A DNA stretch of 64,000 nucleotides, taken from contig NC_135656.1 of the NCBI RefSeq assembly GCF_964188315.1, forward strand, positions 42,656,001 to 42,720,000, given 5' to 3'. Made by a program: the position numbers and the translations under genes. Below the pieces are notes generated by a model. The model saw nothing but the letters and a program-made list of their open reading frames with translations, ran no database searches and had not been told where the DNA came from. Below, in pieces: positions 37,658 through 50,615 of the stretch (its first letter is position 1; each line of letters opens with the position of its first letter). The stretch comes from Podarcis muralis. Its lineage: Eukaryota.

Positions 37658-37923
37658 TACCTCATTTTTCGCTCTATAAGATGCACCAGACCATAAGACG
37701 CACCTAGTTTTTGGAGGAGGAAAACAAGAAAAAAAAATATTCTGAATCCCAGAAGCCAGAACAACAAGAGGGATCGCTGCGCAGCGAAAGCAGCGATCCC
37801 TCTTGCTGTTCTGGCTTCTGGGATAGCTGTGCAGCCTGCATTTGCTCCATAAGACACACACACACATTTTCGCTTACTTTTTAGGAGGGAAAAAGTGAGT
37901 CTTATAGAGCAAAAAATAAGGTA
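37658..37923. mobile_element. Tc2/pogo-like MITE inside a CR1 fragment
   Basis: Same internal sequence as 4623-4885; CR1-like sequence at about 37262-37650 and 38150-38310. Confidence 0.78.
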
Positions 37924-38907
37924 GTTAAAACCATGGAACAGGATTCAACAGAGAGTCCCATCCGTGGAAGCAATGCAAGAACGTCTACTTCTTAAGTGGT
38001 GCTTTCCCCGCCCTGCTCCCATCCACATGCCTCCAAATTGGGTCACTGAGGGGTGCCAGGAGAACCCCCGGGAACAGTGCATGCTGGGAGAAGAATGAAG
38101 ATCATTCCTCCTGGAAAGCCCAAATGTTGGCTTTGTGCAACATTGAATTATTCCGCCATAAGATATATGAAGGGCTTGGTTTGCTTTAAAGGAGGATTAG
38201 AGAAATTAATGAAAGATAAGGTTATTAAAGGTTACTAGTTATGGTGGCTGTATATTAACTCCAGTACCACAGGCAGCATGCCTCTGAATACCAGCTGCTC
38301 AGGAGCACGTGGGAGGCTGCTTCTGCATTCATGTCCTGCTTCTGGGCTTCGCAGATGTATGAGGGTGTTCAGGAGGGCACCCTCTATATCGGGGTTGGGG
38401 AACCTTCCTTAGTCTGGGGGCCACTGGCGGAGGAACAGGGGTGTGGGGGAGAGCGCAAGATCCTGGTGGTAAGATCCAGCTGGGGTGCCATTGTGGCTGC
38501 CCCCTTACCCCGCGCTGGGCACCAAGCCCCCATAGGTGGCGTGCCATGCCCCAGGGATGTGTGCCACCCCCGCCCCTGCCTGCTCCCCCCCCCACCAGAG
38601 CCTGAAGCTCCGCCACTGCTGTGGGCCAAAGGTTTAAGTGTGTGATGTCATATTGCGTTTTTTCTGTTTTTTGTTGGGAGTTGCCTAGAGTGGCTGGGGC
38701 AACCCAGGCAGATGGGCGCAGGAGCGAAACCAGGCTTTATTTCACCCGGGTCAAAGACCCAGTTTGGCACACACACCACACACACATGCGTACACACACA
38801 CAGGCTAGGAGCCTTAATGGCACCCCTCTGGAGGCTTCACCTAGGGCAAAAAATCTGGCTAGCCCCCCCAACTATGCCTCTGGATGGGAGGCATATAACT
38901 ATATTAT

Positions 38908-39151
38908 TGTTATGTATTGAAGTTCTCACCCTGGCCACCAGGAGTATTGTGTATGTAGTTTTCACTCAGGTCCGCGTCAGTTATTTTAGGCGGGAAACCC
39001 TGGGTTGATGTTGCTACAATGTTGACAGCCGGCTGCCTATAAAAGCAGGCCGGCTGAGCTGTTTGCTGTTCAGTTATGTTACAGCTTACAAATAAAGAGC
39101 TGCTTTGGAGAAATCGCTGTGTCGTCTGCTATGTCTACCCACTATTTAACA
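38908..39151 (+). mobile_element. Solo LTR, 244 bp
   Basis: TGTTA...TAACA termini, TATAAAA then AATAAA inside, attat on both sides (within an ATT microsatellite). Confidence 0.8.
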
Positions 39152-42100
39152 ATTATTATTATTATTATTATTATTTGGTTGGCCACAGTGGGGAAGATGA
39201 TGCTTGACTAGATGGGCCTTTGGCCAAGGGCTCTTCCTGTGTTATGTTCTCAGGGAGCGCTGTTTGCATGTGTATATTTGGCAAAATTGCATGCAAGAAT
39301 GTGTCCATTAGGAGAAATTCACACTAGAATGCAAATGAATGTAACCGTAACTTCTCCCACTTTTAAGAAGCATCAACTTTACGATCTTATTCCAAAATGA
39401 GTTATGATACAAATGAATGTTCATGATAATTTTTTGTTAAAAAACAAACAAACCTTAAACTGATGCAGAAGAGCGGAGAAGTGAATTTAAGATTCAAGAA
39501 ATTAGAAACTGAGAAACAGAAATTGACAGATTCATCCATTGCAAGCTGTAAGCCACCCACTGCCCCACCCACCCACTCACAATGTGTGCAGGAGTGAGAC
39601 AGAAAATGCTATGGAAAGGGATAGACAAGGGGAAAGATGTGTGACAGGAAAAGGATGCATTGGAGGAGATACACGGTACAGCAAGGTTCTTCCTGCAAAC
39701 TGACAATTAGCTAGTGTGCCTTTGAGTTGACCAGCCAAAACACTAAGCACAGGCTTCTTGTAGTTATAACCATCAAAGCAAATAGGACATTATTTTATAT
39801 TGTTATAGGTTTGAGGGAGGGTCAGTCTGAACGATACTCATGGATCCCTTCCAAACCTGTGATCCTATGTATGTGAGGTTAGAATCCACAAGAGGAAACT
39901 CTTCTTCACATGATCTCAAGGCGGGGGATAGTGACAAAAAACACCTGATAGTAAAACAAATAAAATACATATTTTAATACTAGCATATGAGCAGGAAAGA
40001 AACACATCAGTTAAAAACTACAGAGTCTGCCTAAAAAATTCCTAAGCTCCCTGAAAATACATCTGGCAAGTATGCATAGCTTATAGAAAGGAAAAAGAAA
40101 AGGCGAACAGGAAATGTATGCCTCTGGTTGTAAGCTGAGCCAAAATTTCTTTTTATTATTTGGCCATTCTGTTGCCTCTGTATAGGAACTGCTTTCTATC
40201 TCTTGCCTTCTATGAGTAGAACCTTTGCGAAGTTGAGTCCCAGCCAGACTCAGTATACTTCACATGGCTTTCCTGCCCATATCACCATGATCTCATTAAG
40301 CATATGTTGCAAGGGAGGGCAAGGAACAAACTGGGGAGATGGTGCTCCATACATCCCATTGATTCTAGGGCAACAAACTAATCATGTAATCTAGTTGGCC
40401 ACTGCCTTATGTGTTACAGTGGTTGTTGTTTTGGAAGGCTGGGTAAAATGGACAGGTTTGATACAAGCACACATTTACCTTAAATATATAAAAAATCCAT
40501 TTTTAAGCTGCTCTCACAGCAGTGCTAGCACTTCCTTATTACATCTCTTCCTGTCTGGCATGCCTTGTCAAAGAATGCTACAGTTGCAGCCAGCTAAATC
40601 ACTGTCCATGCAGAACAACTTCTGTAAGTGCAATGACACTTCTCCTCCTGTTCTCACGTGCCTCCTGCACTGACCCAAATTTCTTTCCCAAGGCTGAGTT
40701 TGGGAACTGGGGGCCAAGCAAGGAGAAGAGAGTGAAACTGAAGTCCTCATGTGGAATGAGAAGCTGGATACAACCCACAGTATAAATAAAATCCAGGTAG
40801 AGATATAGGTAACCTTTGATACTGGTTATTGCTTTAGACTAAATATGTTTTAGAAATATGTATTGTGATTTTTAATACACTGTACACCACCCTGAGACCA
40901 TACAGTGAAAGACAGATAGAAACATCTAAATAAACTAACTGCAGATACCCATTTCACATTATGTGTAGGTAAACTTTATTTTTTATGTATAACATTCGTA
41001 TCCCACTCTTCATGCAATGTACAGGGCAGTTTCTAGATATCCTGTGTTATTTCACAGTCACACTTGGTAGGTTGTGGGGGGGGGGGGAGGCGGGGAGAGA
41101 TAGACAGACAGACATTATCTGGAAGAGGTTTAACCCAAAGCCTCCCTTTCCATCCAGAGTCAGAGATAAAGAGAGTAGAATGAAACTCAAGAGAGAATGC
41201 CCAAATCATAATCTCAAAGAGGCAGCCAGGAGTGGGTGGGTGGGTCATGGAAGAGAATGCATGCCAGGTTGCAGAGGTGTGTTCAAAAGCAGTGTGGTCC
41301 TTTGTATCATCATCACATTTATATCCTACCTTCCCTCCAACGAGCTTAAGGAGGCAGACACACTTCTCCCCACCCCCATTTTATTCTCACAAACATCCTA
41401 TGCAGTAGGTCAGGCTAAGAAATGGCGACTGGCCCAAGGTCACTCAGTAAGCTTTCTGGCTGATTTGGGATTTGAACCCTAGTCTTCCAGGTCCTAGTTC
41501 AACACTTTAACCGCTATATCACAAGGGCTCTTTGTTTAGTAAAGACAGTGGGCTAGAAGTCAAGAAACACTGGGGGCAAATATTAAGTCAATAAGCCAGG
41601 ATGAGTCACTGCTTCTCTACTAGAAACACATAATGTTGGGAGCAGGTCAACCAGGAATGGTGGGGAGACCAGTATCCTCACAGATAGAGTCAGGCTGCTT
41701 CTTTACTTGATTTCGCAGAGCAAGCACACACTGCTCCATCCCATTCACACTGTGCTTTTGCTGAACCTGATGAAGCCTCTGTTCTGCCCACATAGTTGGC
41801 CTAATAATTACCCTCTAAATTGGTATTGGTCTCCCTTTTCAAATGTCACTTCTTTCAGTAGAGTAAGTAGACCAATCCATCAAAGCAAACGCTGGTCAAG
41901 GTAGAGAAGACAGGCCTACGTGCGCGCGCACACAAACCCTTCGAGGTTCTTTTTTTGCTGTCCAGTTCCTACCTGGTCTCCGACGTGCCATTTGTTCTTT
42001 TCTCGTGGTGTAGTACAGCTCCAGCGCTCCAGAACTGTTTGGGCACTTAGCACTGTTTGCTGTTCCCTCAAAAGTGAGATGTGGCTACTTCCCCAAAGGC

Positions 42101-42855
42101 AGGCGTCACTCACTTGTACAACAAGTGGACCTAAATGTTTATGTCTTGCAAAATTCTCAGAAGCTTCCTTTAGCTCAGAGACCACAAGCCATAAAAGGTC
42201 TACACATCATGACTCTTCTACCAGCCCCCTCAGTTCCTTAACCCTGCTTAGTGTGTATTGCTGGGAGGGGAGGGCGAGCAGCCTTAGCTGCTTTTAACTT
42301 GTTTTTCATTACCTTATATGTAAATCGCCTTGAGGCAGTGGTTTAGAATGTGATTATTAATAAATGAAATACAATAATGGTGAGCCATCTTGGGCTAGTC
42401 ATAGCACAAAGCAGATCAGTTTCGAAGCAAGCTGAGTCACTAAGGGGCAAAGAAGAGGAAAGGAAGAAAAAGGCTATGGGACATGAATTATCACCAGTCA
42501 TCAATTTATATACCACTTACAAGTTTCCAAGCAATTAAGACAAAATAGCCTCCCTGACCTTGTACAGACAATTCTGCTTCCGCTCTAAGTAACATGGAAC
42601 TCTGTGACAAACCTTATTACAAAGTTCTGGCCCTGTTGGAACAAGAGACACCAGGATTCAAACTCAGACACCAAATGTTATATTCTGTGGTTTTAATGTT
42701 TTAGTTGTTGTTAAATTTTATGAGCCATCTTGGGTCGATCTTTGATGGACTGGAATGCAAGTTATTAAAATAAAAGTAGTAGTAGTAATAGAGTGAGAGA
42801 ATTAAACATTATTTATTTAATATACCGTTGCTCACCACCCAAATCTCCAAGCAGC

Positions 42856-43330
42856 GTGAGATTCCAAGAGTTCCAGGCACCAGGTCCATGTTTCGTTTTG
42901 GAAATGAGGCACAACGGAGATTGTGGTGTCTTCATCATATAAGGTTTATTTACACATATATACAACCTGAGCCTATGATGGAAGGGGTCACAACATGAAC
43001 ACCCCAAGAAGGTTTTATTTCTCCCATAGCCACAGCCTTCATTCAAACAGAAATCAACAACTGTGCTCTGATCCTCTAGTTTGCTGCCTTTTGCAACCTG
43101 CAACATCCCCCCCCCCCAGGTCACATCATAGCCCACTGTCAACTCTGACTTTTGTTCTTCTAAATTTCTCAGCAATAGAGGAGGGTCCCATCCATTTACC
43201 ATCTGGCACAGAACCCCCTCTCCATTGCTTTCTTAATGGCTCATCATCTTCCCTTTATTTTCTTAATGGCCTGTCTGGCTTTAACCCTTGCTGGATCCAG
43301 GGGTTTGGGAGGCTTGATTAAAGTTGAATA
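42856..43330. mobile_element. LTR-like repeat, related to 60618-61084 (approximate ends)
   Basis: Shared blocks such as gaaatgaggcaca...tgtggtgtctt...caacctgagcctatgatgga...tctcccatagc...ttgctggatccag. Confidence 0.55.
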
Positions 43331-44264
43331 TAAGAGCATCCAAAAATGGCAAAGCTGGTCCTGTAGGGAGAGTACTGTCCCATCCAGAACAGGCTAAGCA
43401 CCTTCTCCCTGAGAAAATTAAACAGGAATCCTCAAAACCTCCATCTTGTCAGAATTGTGCTTCAGATTATTGGTCCTCATCCAAAGCAGGCTATTACTGA
43501 TTTTAGGCACCAATTCAGCACTTGAGCTGCCACCCAGAATATGCTGCTATGAAAGCCCTACACCGTAACCCTCTTGTGAGGAGTGGGTAACTTGGCTTCA
43601 CAGCAGGACCATCTGATGACCCTTAACTACTGGGCAGGAATAATCATATGACGAAGCCTCAAGAAGTATGTAGGACCCAGGCCATTTAGAGCTTTATATG
43701 TTAGAGCCAACACCTTGAATAGTGTATAAATACCGGACACCAGAGAAAGATGAGGATCATGAAGCACAGAATTTTTAAAAATAAAGAAAAAGCTTAATTC
43801 GATCCATTCTTCTTGATGCCCCAGTCTAATATGCTGCTAATAATTAGTGAAGATTTTCTCTTTCTTGAGGAGCAGAGGTGGGAATACCTTCACAAATAAA
43901 ACAATGCTCTATCCTTCTCCAGGTACATGAAGACTGGCTCAGATGCCAACAAACTGAACACCTACGATATACGATATCTTTATTGTCATTGTCCCATGCA
44001 GGACAATGAAATTGAAAAACTGCATAAAACTACATAAAACGACATAAAAACTACATAAAACTACATAAAAACTACCTCAGACTTTGGAAGTTCCAGACAT
44101 GGCCAACCCTAAAAGAAAGTATGGATGCTCCATCCAGTTACTGAATGCAAAGTAACTGTGTGTTTCAATCACTTAAAAACCACTGCAACTATTTCCAGAG
44201 GGGTCAGCTGTGTGTTTGATGCAGCAAAATCTAAGAGTTTTGAGTCACCTTAAAGACTGTAACC

Positions 44265-44559
44265 GGACGTGGGTGGCGCTGTGGGTAAAACCTCAGCGTC
44301 TAGGACTTGCCGGCTGCATGGTCGGCGGTTCGAATCCCCGCGGCGGGGTGCGCTCCCGCCGTTCGGTCCCAGCGCCTGCCAACCTAAACGGCGTTCCGTG
44401 TGCTGCGCTGGCTCGCCAGATGCAGCTTGTCACGCTGGCCACGTGACCCGGAAGTGTCTGCGGACAGCGCTGGCTCCCGGCCTATAGAGTGAGATGAGCG
44501 CACAACCCTAGAGTCTGGCAAGACTGGCCCGTACGGGTAGGGGTACCTTTACCTTTACC
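44265..44559 (+). mobile_element. Sauria SINE with internal deletion
   Basis: ggacgtgggtggcgctgtgggtaaaacc head, (accttt)n tail; 14-bp TSD taaagactgtaacc. Confidence 0.92.
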
Positions 44560-44799
44560 TAAAGACTGTAACCAAGGTGCTACGGCATACTAAGAACGAA
44601 TGCTTATGCCAGAATACGTTTGTTCCTTTTTAAAATGCCTCAAGACTCTCTACTCTCTCTATATGTTTGATATTCCCCCACCCCGCGCTGAAATCACTGC
44701 AATGCCAGCTGGCCACTAGAGGGGCACAAAGCACACACCATGCCTTTCTACATTTTTTCTAACCAGCGAGAAAAGCTGCCTTAACCTCGCCAGTACTCT

Positions 44800-45276
44800 T
44801 TCCTTTAAACGGGGAAATGAGGGGCGCATGCGTATAACTGCCTTTTGCCATAGAGGTGAGACCGGAAATCCAGCTGGGCGTTCATCGTGTGATAACCATA
44901 GAGCACATGACAGGTTGCCACGGTGATTGCTCAACCTTCCAAGCCACAACCTCTGCCGTTTACGCTGAACTTCTACCAAGCCCTGTTTTCTTCCGTAGTT
45001 TGGTACAGACACGCAGGTTGTTATTACCAGCCTTATAATATTCCCTTAGGTTCAACTCGAGCTCCGAGGAAACGCTCCGTTTTAGCTCATTCTCATGGAA
45101 CGATGGTCGCAAGGCCGCCTAGGCCACCGTTTCGTTACCATGGTGACGCTTCCGAGTCTTCGCCACTTCCGTTAGCGGCGTTCGATTCTCCCCGCCTCTT
45201 TTGCAACGGCCGTAAAGATTGCCGTACAGGCGGAAGGTGAACATCGCTGCGAAAGAGTGATAATTTCACACAGTAG
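44800..45276 (+). promoter_or_regulatory. CpG-rich TRAPPC5 promoter and probable non-coding exon 1
   Basis: NRF1-like gcgcatgcgt (44824), ETS-like accggaaat (44861) and acttccg (45165), X-box-like palindromes (44914, 45134); donor tag|gtaaga at 45276/45277. Confidence 0.7.
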
Positions 45277-46161
45277 GTAAGAGGTATGAAGAGCATTTGG
45301 GCTCAGTAAAAGTTGGCGGGGAGGCAGAGGAAGCATTATTGTTATTGCCTTCCCCTCTTAATCTCCGTGATTCCTCCTGGTTTGCAGGAACAGTGGGAGG
45401 GGGAAGGTCCCCTCTAAAGGTCTGGTGGCGTCCCAGGTGCAGCTCTTTCGTGGTGCAAAGTGGGGTTGTGTCTCGTATCTGGCCTATAAATGTAAACAGG
45501 TTTGATATATGGCTTATCGGACATGTCTTTTCCCAAGCCCCGGGAACTGCAATTAGCAGGAGTGCTAAATTGGTAATCCTTTCACAGAACTTCAATTCAC
45601 ATAGGATAAAAAGAGGCTTGCAATAATAAGTTTCCATTTGTGGCATAGACTAAAGGATCCTGGAGTTTCAAGTTTGTTATCTTTGTAAGTCACTGTCACC
45701 ATTTCAGGGGCTGCTAGGCTTAACTACCAACTACTAGCTATGAACTACTCGGCCCTTTTTTGTAGAGAAGGTGATCAAGCATCATTATTTTGGTTGCCTT
45801 TTTTTCTCAGATATGCATATCTTGTTATATTGTGGTTTTACTGAATGCTTTTCCCAAGCATCTGAATGTTATACGTTTATAGGAATTATCACATTTTACC
45901 TTCACAAAAATCTGTGAATTATGTTAGGCTGGGAGGTGATGGCTAGCCCAAAGTCACCTAGTAGGGATTTAAACTTAGGCTGGCAATACCCAGATTCAGC
46001 GTCCTATCCACTTCCTTGTACTAGCTTATATGTCTGTCCTCCCGTGCAAAATAAATATCATTTAGAAGTTGCTATATAAAGTAGTGCCCCATTTGAAATG
46101 CAGTTGTGCGAATTCTAGAAAGGTGCTTATTACCCTTTTAATTTTCTTTCTTAATAGCATC

Positions 46162-46728
46162 ATGGACGCACGTTTTACCCGTGGAAAGTCTGCTATCCTT
46201 GAACGGTCACTCACCCGACCCAAGACTGATGTTAGCCTCAGTGCCTTTTCATTATTGTTTTCTGAGATTGTGCAGTACTGTCAGAACAGGGTCTACTCTG
46301 TTTCTGAGCTTCAGAACAAACTTTCTGAGCTAGGTCAGCAGGTGGGTGCTCGTATCCTGGATGTGTTGGTGATGCGGGAGAAAAATGGTAAGAGAGAAAC
46401 CAAGGTCATCAACATTCTCCTGTTCATCAAAGTTACCGTATGGAAGGCTCTCTTTGGGAAGGAGGCTGACAAGCTGGAGCAAGCCAATGACGATGACAAG
46501 ACTTACTACATCATTGAGAAGGAGCCTCTTATCAATACTTACATTTCTGTTCCCAAGGAGAACAGCACACTCAACTGTGCTTCCTTCACAGCTGGCATCG
46601 TGGAGGCTATGCTCACTTGCAGCGGCTTCCCTGCCAAGGTGACAGCCCACTGGCACAAGGGAACCACCCTCATGATCAAATTTGATGAGTCAGTAATAGC
46701 ACGTGACAAAGCCCTGGATGGCCGCTGA
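46162..46728 (+). CDS. TRAPPC5: Trafficking protein particle complex subunit 5, single coding exon, 188 aa
   Basis: MDARFTRGKSAILERSLTRPKTDVSLSAFSLLFSEIVQYCQNRVYSVSELQ...NCASFTAGIVEA...GFPAKVTAHWHKGTTLMIKFDESVIARDKALDGR*; acceptor ttaatag at 46157. Confidence 0.98.
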   Translation: MDARFTRGKSAILERSLTRPKTDVSLSAFSLLFSEIVQYCQNRVYSVSELQNKLSELGQQVGARILDVLVMREKNGKRETKVINILLFIKVTVWKALFGKEADKLEQANDDDKTYYIIEKEPLINTYISVPKENSTLNCASFTAGIVEAMLTCSGFPAKVTAHWHKGTTLMIKFDESVIARDKALDGR

Positions 46729-47959
46729 CTGCTTCATTTGATTTAATCTGGATTGTTTGTGTCTGTGTGTATGTATATGCATATGCATATACACACACAC
46801 TTTGACAGTATCCTAAAATAACTACCCTGACCATGCTTTGTGCATGGTAAGGGAGAACCAAGTGGCATCGGAACAAGTGACTGTGTCCCATATACTGATG
46901 GTAAATGTTTCTACAGCATTTGTACTGATTACACAGGACCACTTCTGCTTCCAGAAATCTACCCTTAATTCTGTTGCTTGACTCTTGGTGAAGGCTTGAA
47001 GAGGGAATGCAGTTCACGTTCCTAGCCAAGAGATAACACAGTCTTGGTTTGCATATGAGCTATGTAATTTGATGTAAAGATTCCTCTCATGCTGTTGTAT
47101 TTGTTTTGTTGTTACCCCTCTGACATTACCACTAGAAAAGCACGGATGAAAGGTTATTGCTAGGCTGCCAGCTTTGGAATGAGCTAAATTGTCTCTACTC
47201 ATTCTGTTGCTGCTTCTTACCTAGTGCCTATCAGTTATTATTTAACTTTGCAGTCTGCTTGCTGTCTTGCCTCTAGGAATGAGCTGCAGCTGCCTTAGCA
47301 AATCAAGTGAAACCCACAAATTACATTACCAGTTTGCTTAAGAGTGGCTCAGACTTTCAAATGAAGCACTTTAAGTAAAAAGCTCAAGGGCAGGGGTAAA
47401 ACACACCAGAACCGGTGAGAGCTTTACCTGCTTCTGTAAAATACACTGTTCACTGCCCATGTTTCTTCTTTGAATACTTGTCTCCACACCTGAAGAAAAT
47501 ATCTAAGAGTTGTAAAGACTCCTTTGATAGTTATTCCAAGAGCTGTTCTTACAGGGCTTTCCCTCAGCATAACTGGTCCTTCACAGTGTTTCCTGTTTGC
47601 CCTGTGAAGCGAGGAAAGTGATGTCACCCCCAAACTAAGATTTCTCTCTCTTTTCCTTTTTTAAAAAATGCTAAAATAAATTAACTAAAATACCAAGAAT
47701 ATACTGTTGAAAGATATTTTATTGCAGAAATCTCATCTAAACCAGTCAGTTTCAAATCATTCCATACAATGAAGATGCTAATGGTTTTGAAGAATTGTTT
47801 ACCTGGTTAATAAATTCCATAAAGTAATCCATTAAGGATGTTTTTGTCTGTCTCTCTCTCAACTTCATTTAGTGTGTTGTTCCTGTTCTGTGCACAGTCC
47901 ATTTTGTGTGACTGTAATAGTGTTCACATTCTTCCAAATAGCATTGAATTGTTGGGCTT

Positions 47960-48730
47960 ATTTTTATTATTATTATTATAAAGATGTAAGTGAATTTATT
48001 AGTTTTTTGTCATAAAATTTATTTTTGGATAGTGGAAAAAACTTCAAAGTCGTTTACAAAAAGAATAAAACAATAAAATTTATTGGTAATAACAATTAAA
48101 ACAACAATTTAAAACATTCAAAAAACTAAAACCAGCAATAAACCAAAAAGCACAACAGCATTCTAGATATTTGGGTAGACTTCGCTAAACAATGTTTTAG
48201 CAGGTGCTGAAAAGAGCGCTGTGAAAGTGCCTGCCTGATATCAATAGGAAGGGAGTTCCAAAGTATAGGTGCTGCCACACTAAAATAACAGTTTTACAAA
48301 TGCAGAATGGGTATTATGTGGCACCTGTAACAGTGCCAGTTTCTCAGTTCGAATTGGTCAAGTGGACCTATATGGGGTAAGGTGATCTTGCAGTTAAACT
48401 AGGCCCAAGTTATTAAAGACTTTATATACTAATAGTAACACATTGAACCTGGCCTGGTGGCAAATCAGCAACCAGGGCAGATCCCTGAGTGCAGCTGTTG
48501 TATGCTGACAAAGTCTCACCCCTGGCAGCAACTGGGCTGCAGCATTTTTGCACTAACTGCAGCTTCTGGATCAAGTGACTAGGGAAGCCCCACATAGTCC
48601 ATTGTCTTGAGGAAATGTGGTCACACTTTCCCAGTCTAGGAATGGTTGCAGCTGTTGAACCAGCCACAGTTGGTAAAAGGCACCTCTAGCCACTGAGGCT
48701 GCCTGAGCCTTCAGGGATACAGCTACCTCC
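47960..48730 (-). mobile_element. Old L2 LINE fragment (approximate ends)
   Basis: LIQKLQLVQ...HWLP-like segment around 48422-48667 and an L2-type 3' tail. Confidence 0.65.
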
Positions 48731-49686
48731 AGAAGAAGTGGTATCTTGCATCATAACTCATTTTGGATAAAAACCGTCAAATCGATGCTGCTTAAAAGTG
48801 GGAGAAGTTACAGTTGATTCAATGATTCTATTATTCTGTACTTACAATTCCAAGAGTGGATTCTTGTATATGCTGCTTGATCACTCTCAGATGTACTAGT
48901 TCCTTCCTCTCCCCATGCAGTTCATTAGAAAATTACTAAATAAGATTACTAGTCATGGAACGTAACGAATGACCACTTTTATGCATTCTTACTAAAGCCT
49001 ACATAGGATTGCAGACTTCTACCAGTGTTAACAGGGTTTTTGCTCATGGTCTTTTGATCTACTGATAAGGGTGCTTAGGATGGCTTTTATTCACCACCAA
49101 AAGCTGGAAACTTATCTTGGAACAAATTGAGCTTTTCCTGTAATCAGATGCTGAGTAGGTAGGAGGTGCAACTCATGGTACAAATGACTTGATGGTGAAA
49201 GTAACAACTAAATTGTAAACTGCTTCCATCTAATAAGAGCCACTTCTGAGGAGGTGTTTGGCTTGTGGAAACAGGAACTTAAGTGCAAAGCACATCCATA
49301 TAGCTTTAGGAGACCACACAACTTTTCTCCCAGCAGAGAAGTGACTGACAGCAGGGACACATTCTGAACCAAAGTAAGGCATGTTACATTTTAAGTGCTA
49401 CGTAGTTGCAGAACTGCAATGCTTTAAAGTGTCCACAGCATCGTTGCAAGGGAGGTGCACAAGGGGAAAAAACAGAACAACAAATTGTGCTTTCCCTTGG
49501 CTTTTACCAAGTAAACAAGAAGACTTTCCCCTACCCCAAGCAGCGAGGTGGTGCTAAGGGTGGGCATTTAGGGGCCTGACTCATTTGTGGCTTGCTAGAT
49601 AGAAGCCGATAGTGACAGAAAGGAAGCACAAGTGGCTGTGTTGCATCTGCCCCAAGAACTCTGACTTGGAGCAGCCTTAACCTACC

Positions 49687-49789
49687 ATGGATGACGGCTA
49701 TCAGAATGAAGACTACTACAATGACGATGTGTCAGAGAAAATATCCCACACTGAGGAAGTGCACTCGGAGTTTGAACCTACAAAAGCAG
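49687..49789 (+). CDS. Lectin-like receptor A, exon 1 (cytoplasmic)
   Basis: accATGG; MDDGYQNEDYYNDDVSEKISHTEEVHSEFEPTKA|gtaac; paralogous to 58883-59000. Confidence 0.8.
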
Positions 49790-50615
49790 GTAACGGGGAG
49801 AATGAGAAGAAATTCTCAAAGGGTTGCTCTGGTTCTGTAATAAGGTGTTATGTTCACACAACAGAAGCAAAATAAAGGAGGTGCCCTTATCTAGGGAAGG
49901 TGTCTTATTCCGAAGTGAAATTTGCAACTCTATGCACTATGCCATGTAGCCACAGTTCTCCAAGAGCAATAAAATTTCTTGCTGCAGAACTCGGAGGTTA
50001 TTGTGGAAACATTGTAAGAAACAGTCACATTTTTCACTACAGTTTAGTTAATGTCAGCTGCTTTTTGCTAACGTTTGGCTTGCTGTATAAACTTTCTTAA
50101 AATGTATATCTGCTAAAAAGTGTCAGCTCTTATATATCAAAACTTTTTTTCTCAATTTTTAGATATGTGTTCCAAAGGGCTCAATTTTCAAGAGTGAGGG
50201 CTGGATGGTGGAACCCCTGTCCCACAGTGGGCAAAAGTTAGAAGCAATGTCTATAGGGAGACTACTAGTCAGCAGCCATCAAATTGACTGGAAAAGGAGC
50301 AGTTTAGTATATCTGGAATCTCGTGGTACCTCCAAAAAGTAAATCAATACATTAAACTGAATTTGGGGAGAAATATTTGTCAAAGTGAAGAGGCTGACCT
50401 GAAACATTGGTCAGGACTAGTGATGGGGGTGGGGAAAGAAACTTGATTAAAGCAACCATATTACTAGTTGATTCACGTTCTCCAAGGCTTATGTCTCACT
50501 ATCCCCCAAAGACATTTCACTCAAACCAGGAGGCTCCAGAAGGTAGCCCTAGTATTGCCTATACTAATACGCTCTTAATAAAATGCAATACATAAATGTT
50601 ATAAATGTAGGAAAA

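Noticed and set aside
38329-38920. Cluster of GC-rich ORFs
   Set aside because: Probably a decayed GC-rich MITE; the proteins are low complexity and no TSD was found.
40100-40750. Fragments resembling CTLD exons (KKFWLSL, KEIWVS) and a Cys-rich plus-strand ORF
   Set aside because: Frames and splice phases do not assemble into a gene; resistin and Ly6 Cys patterns are not met.
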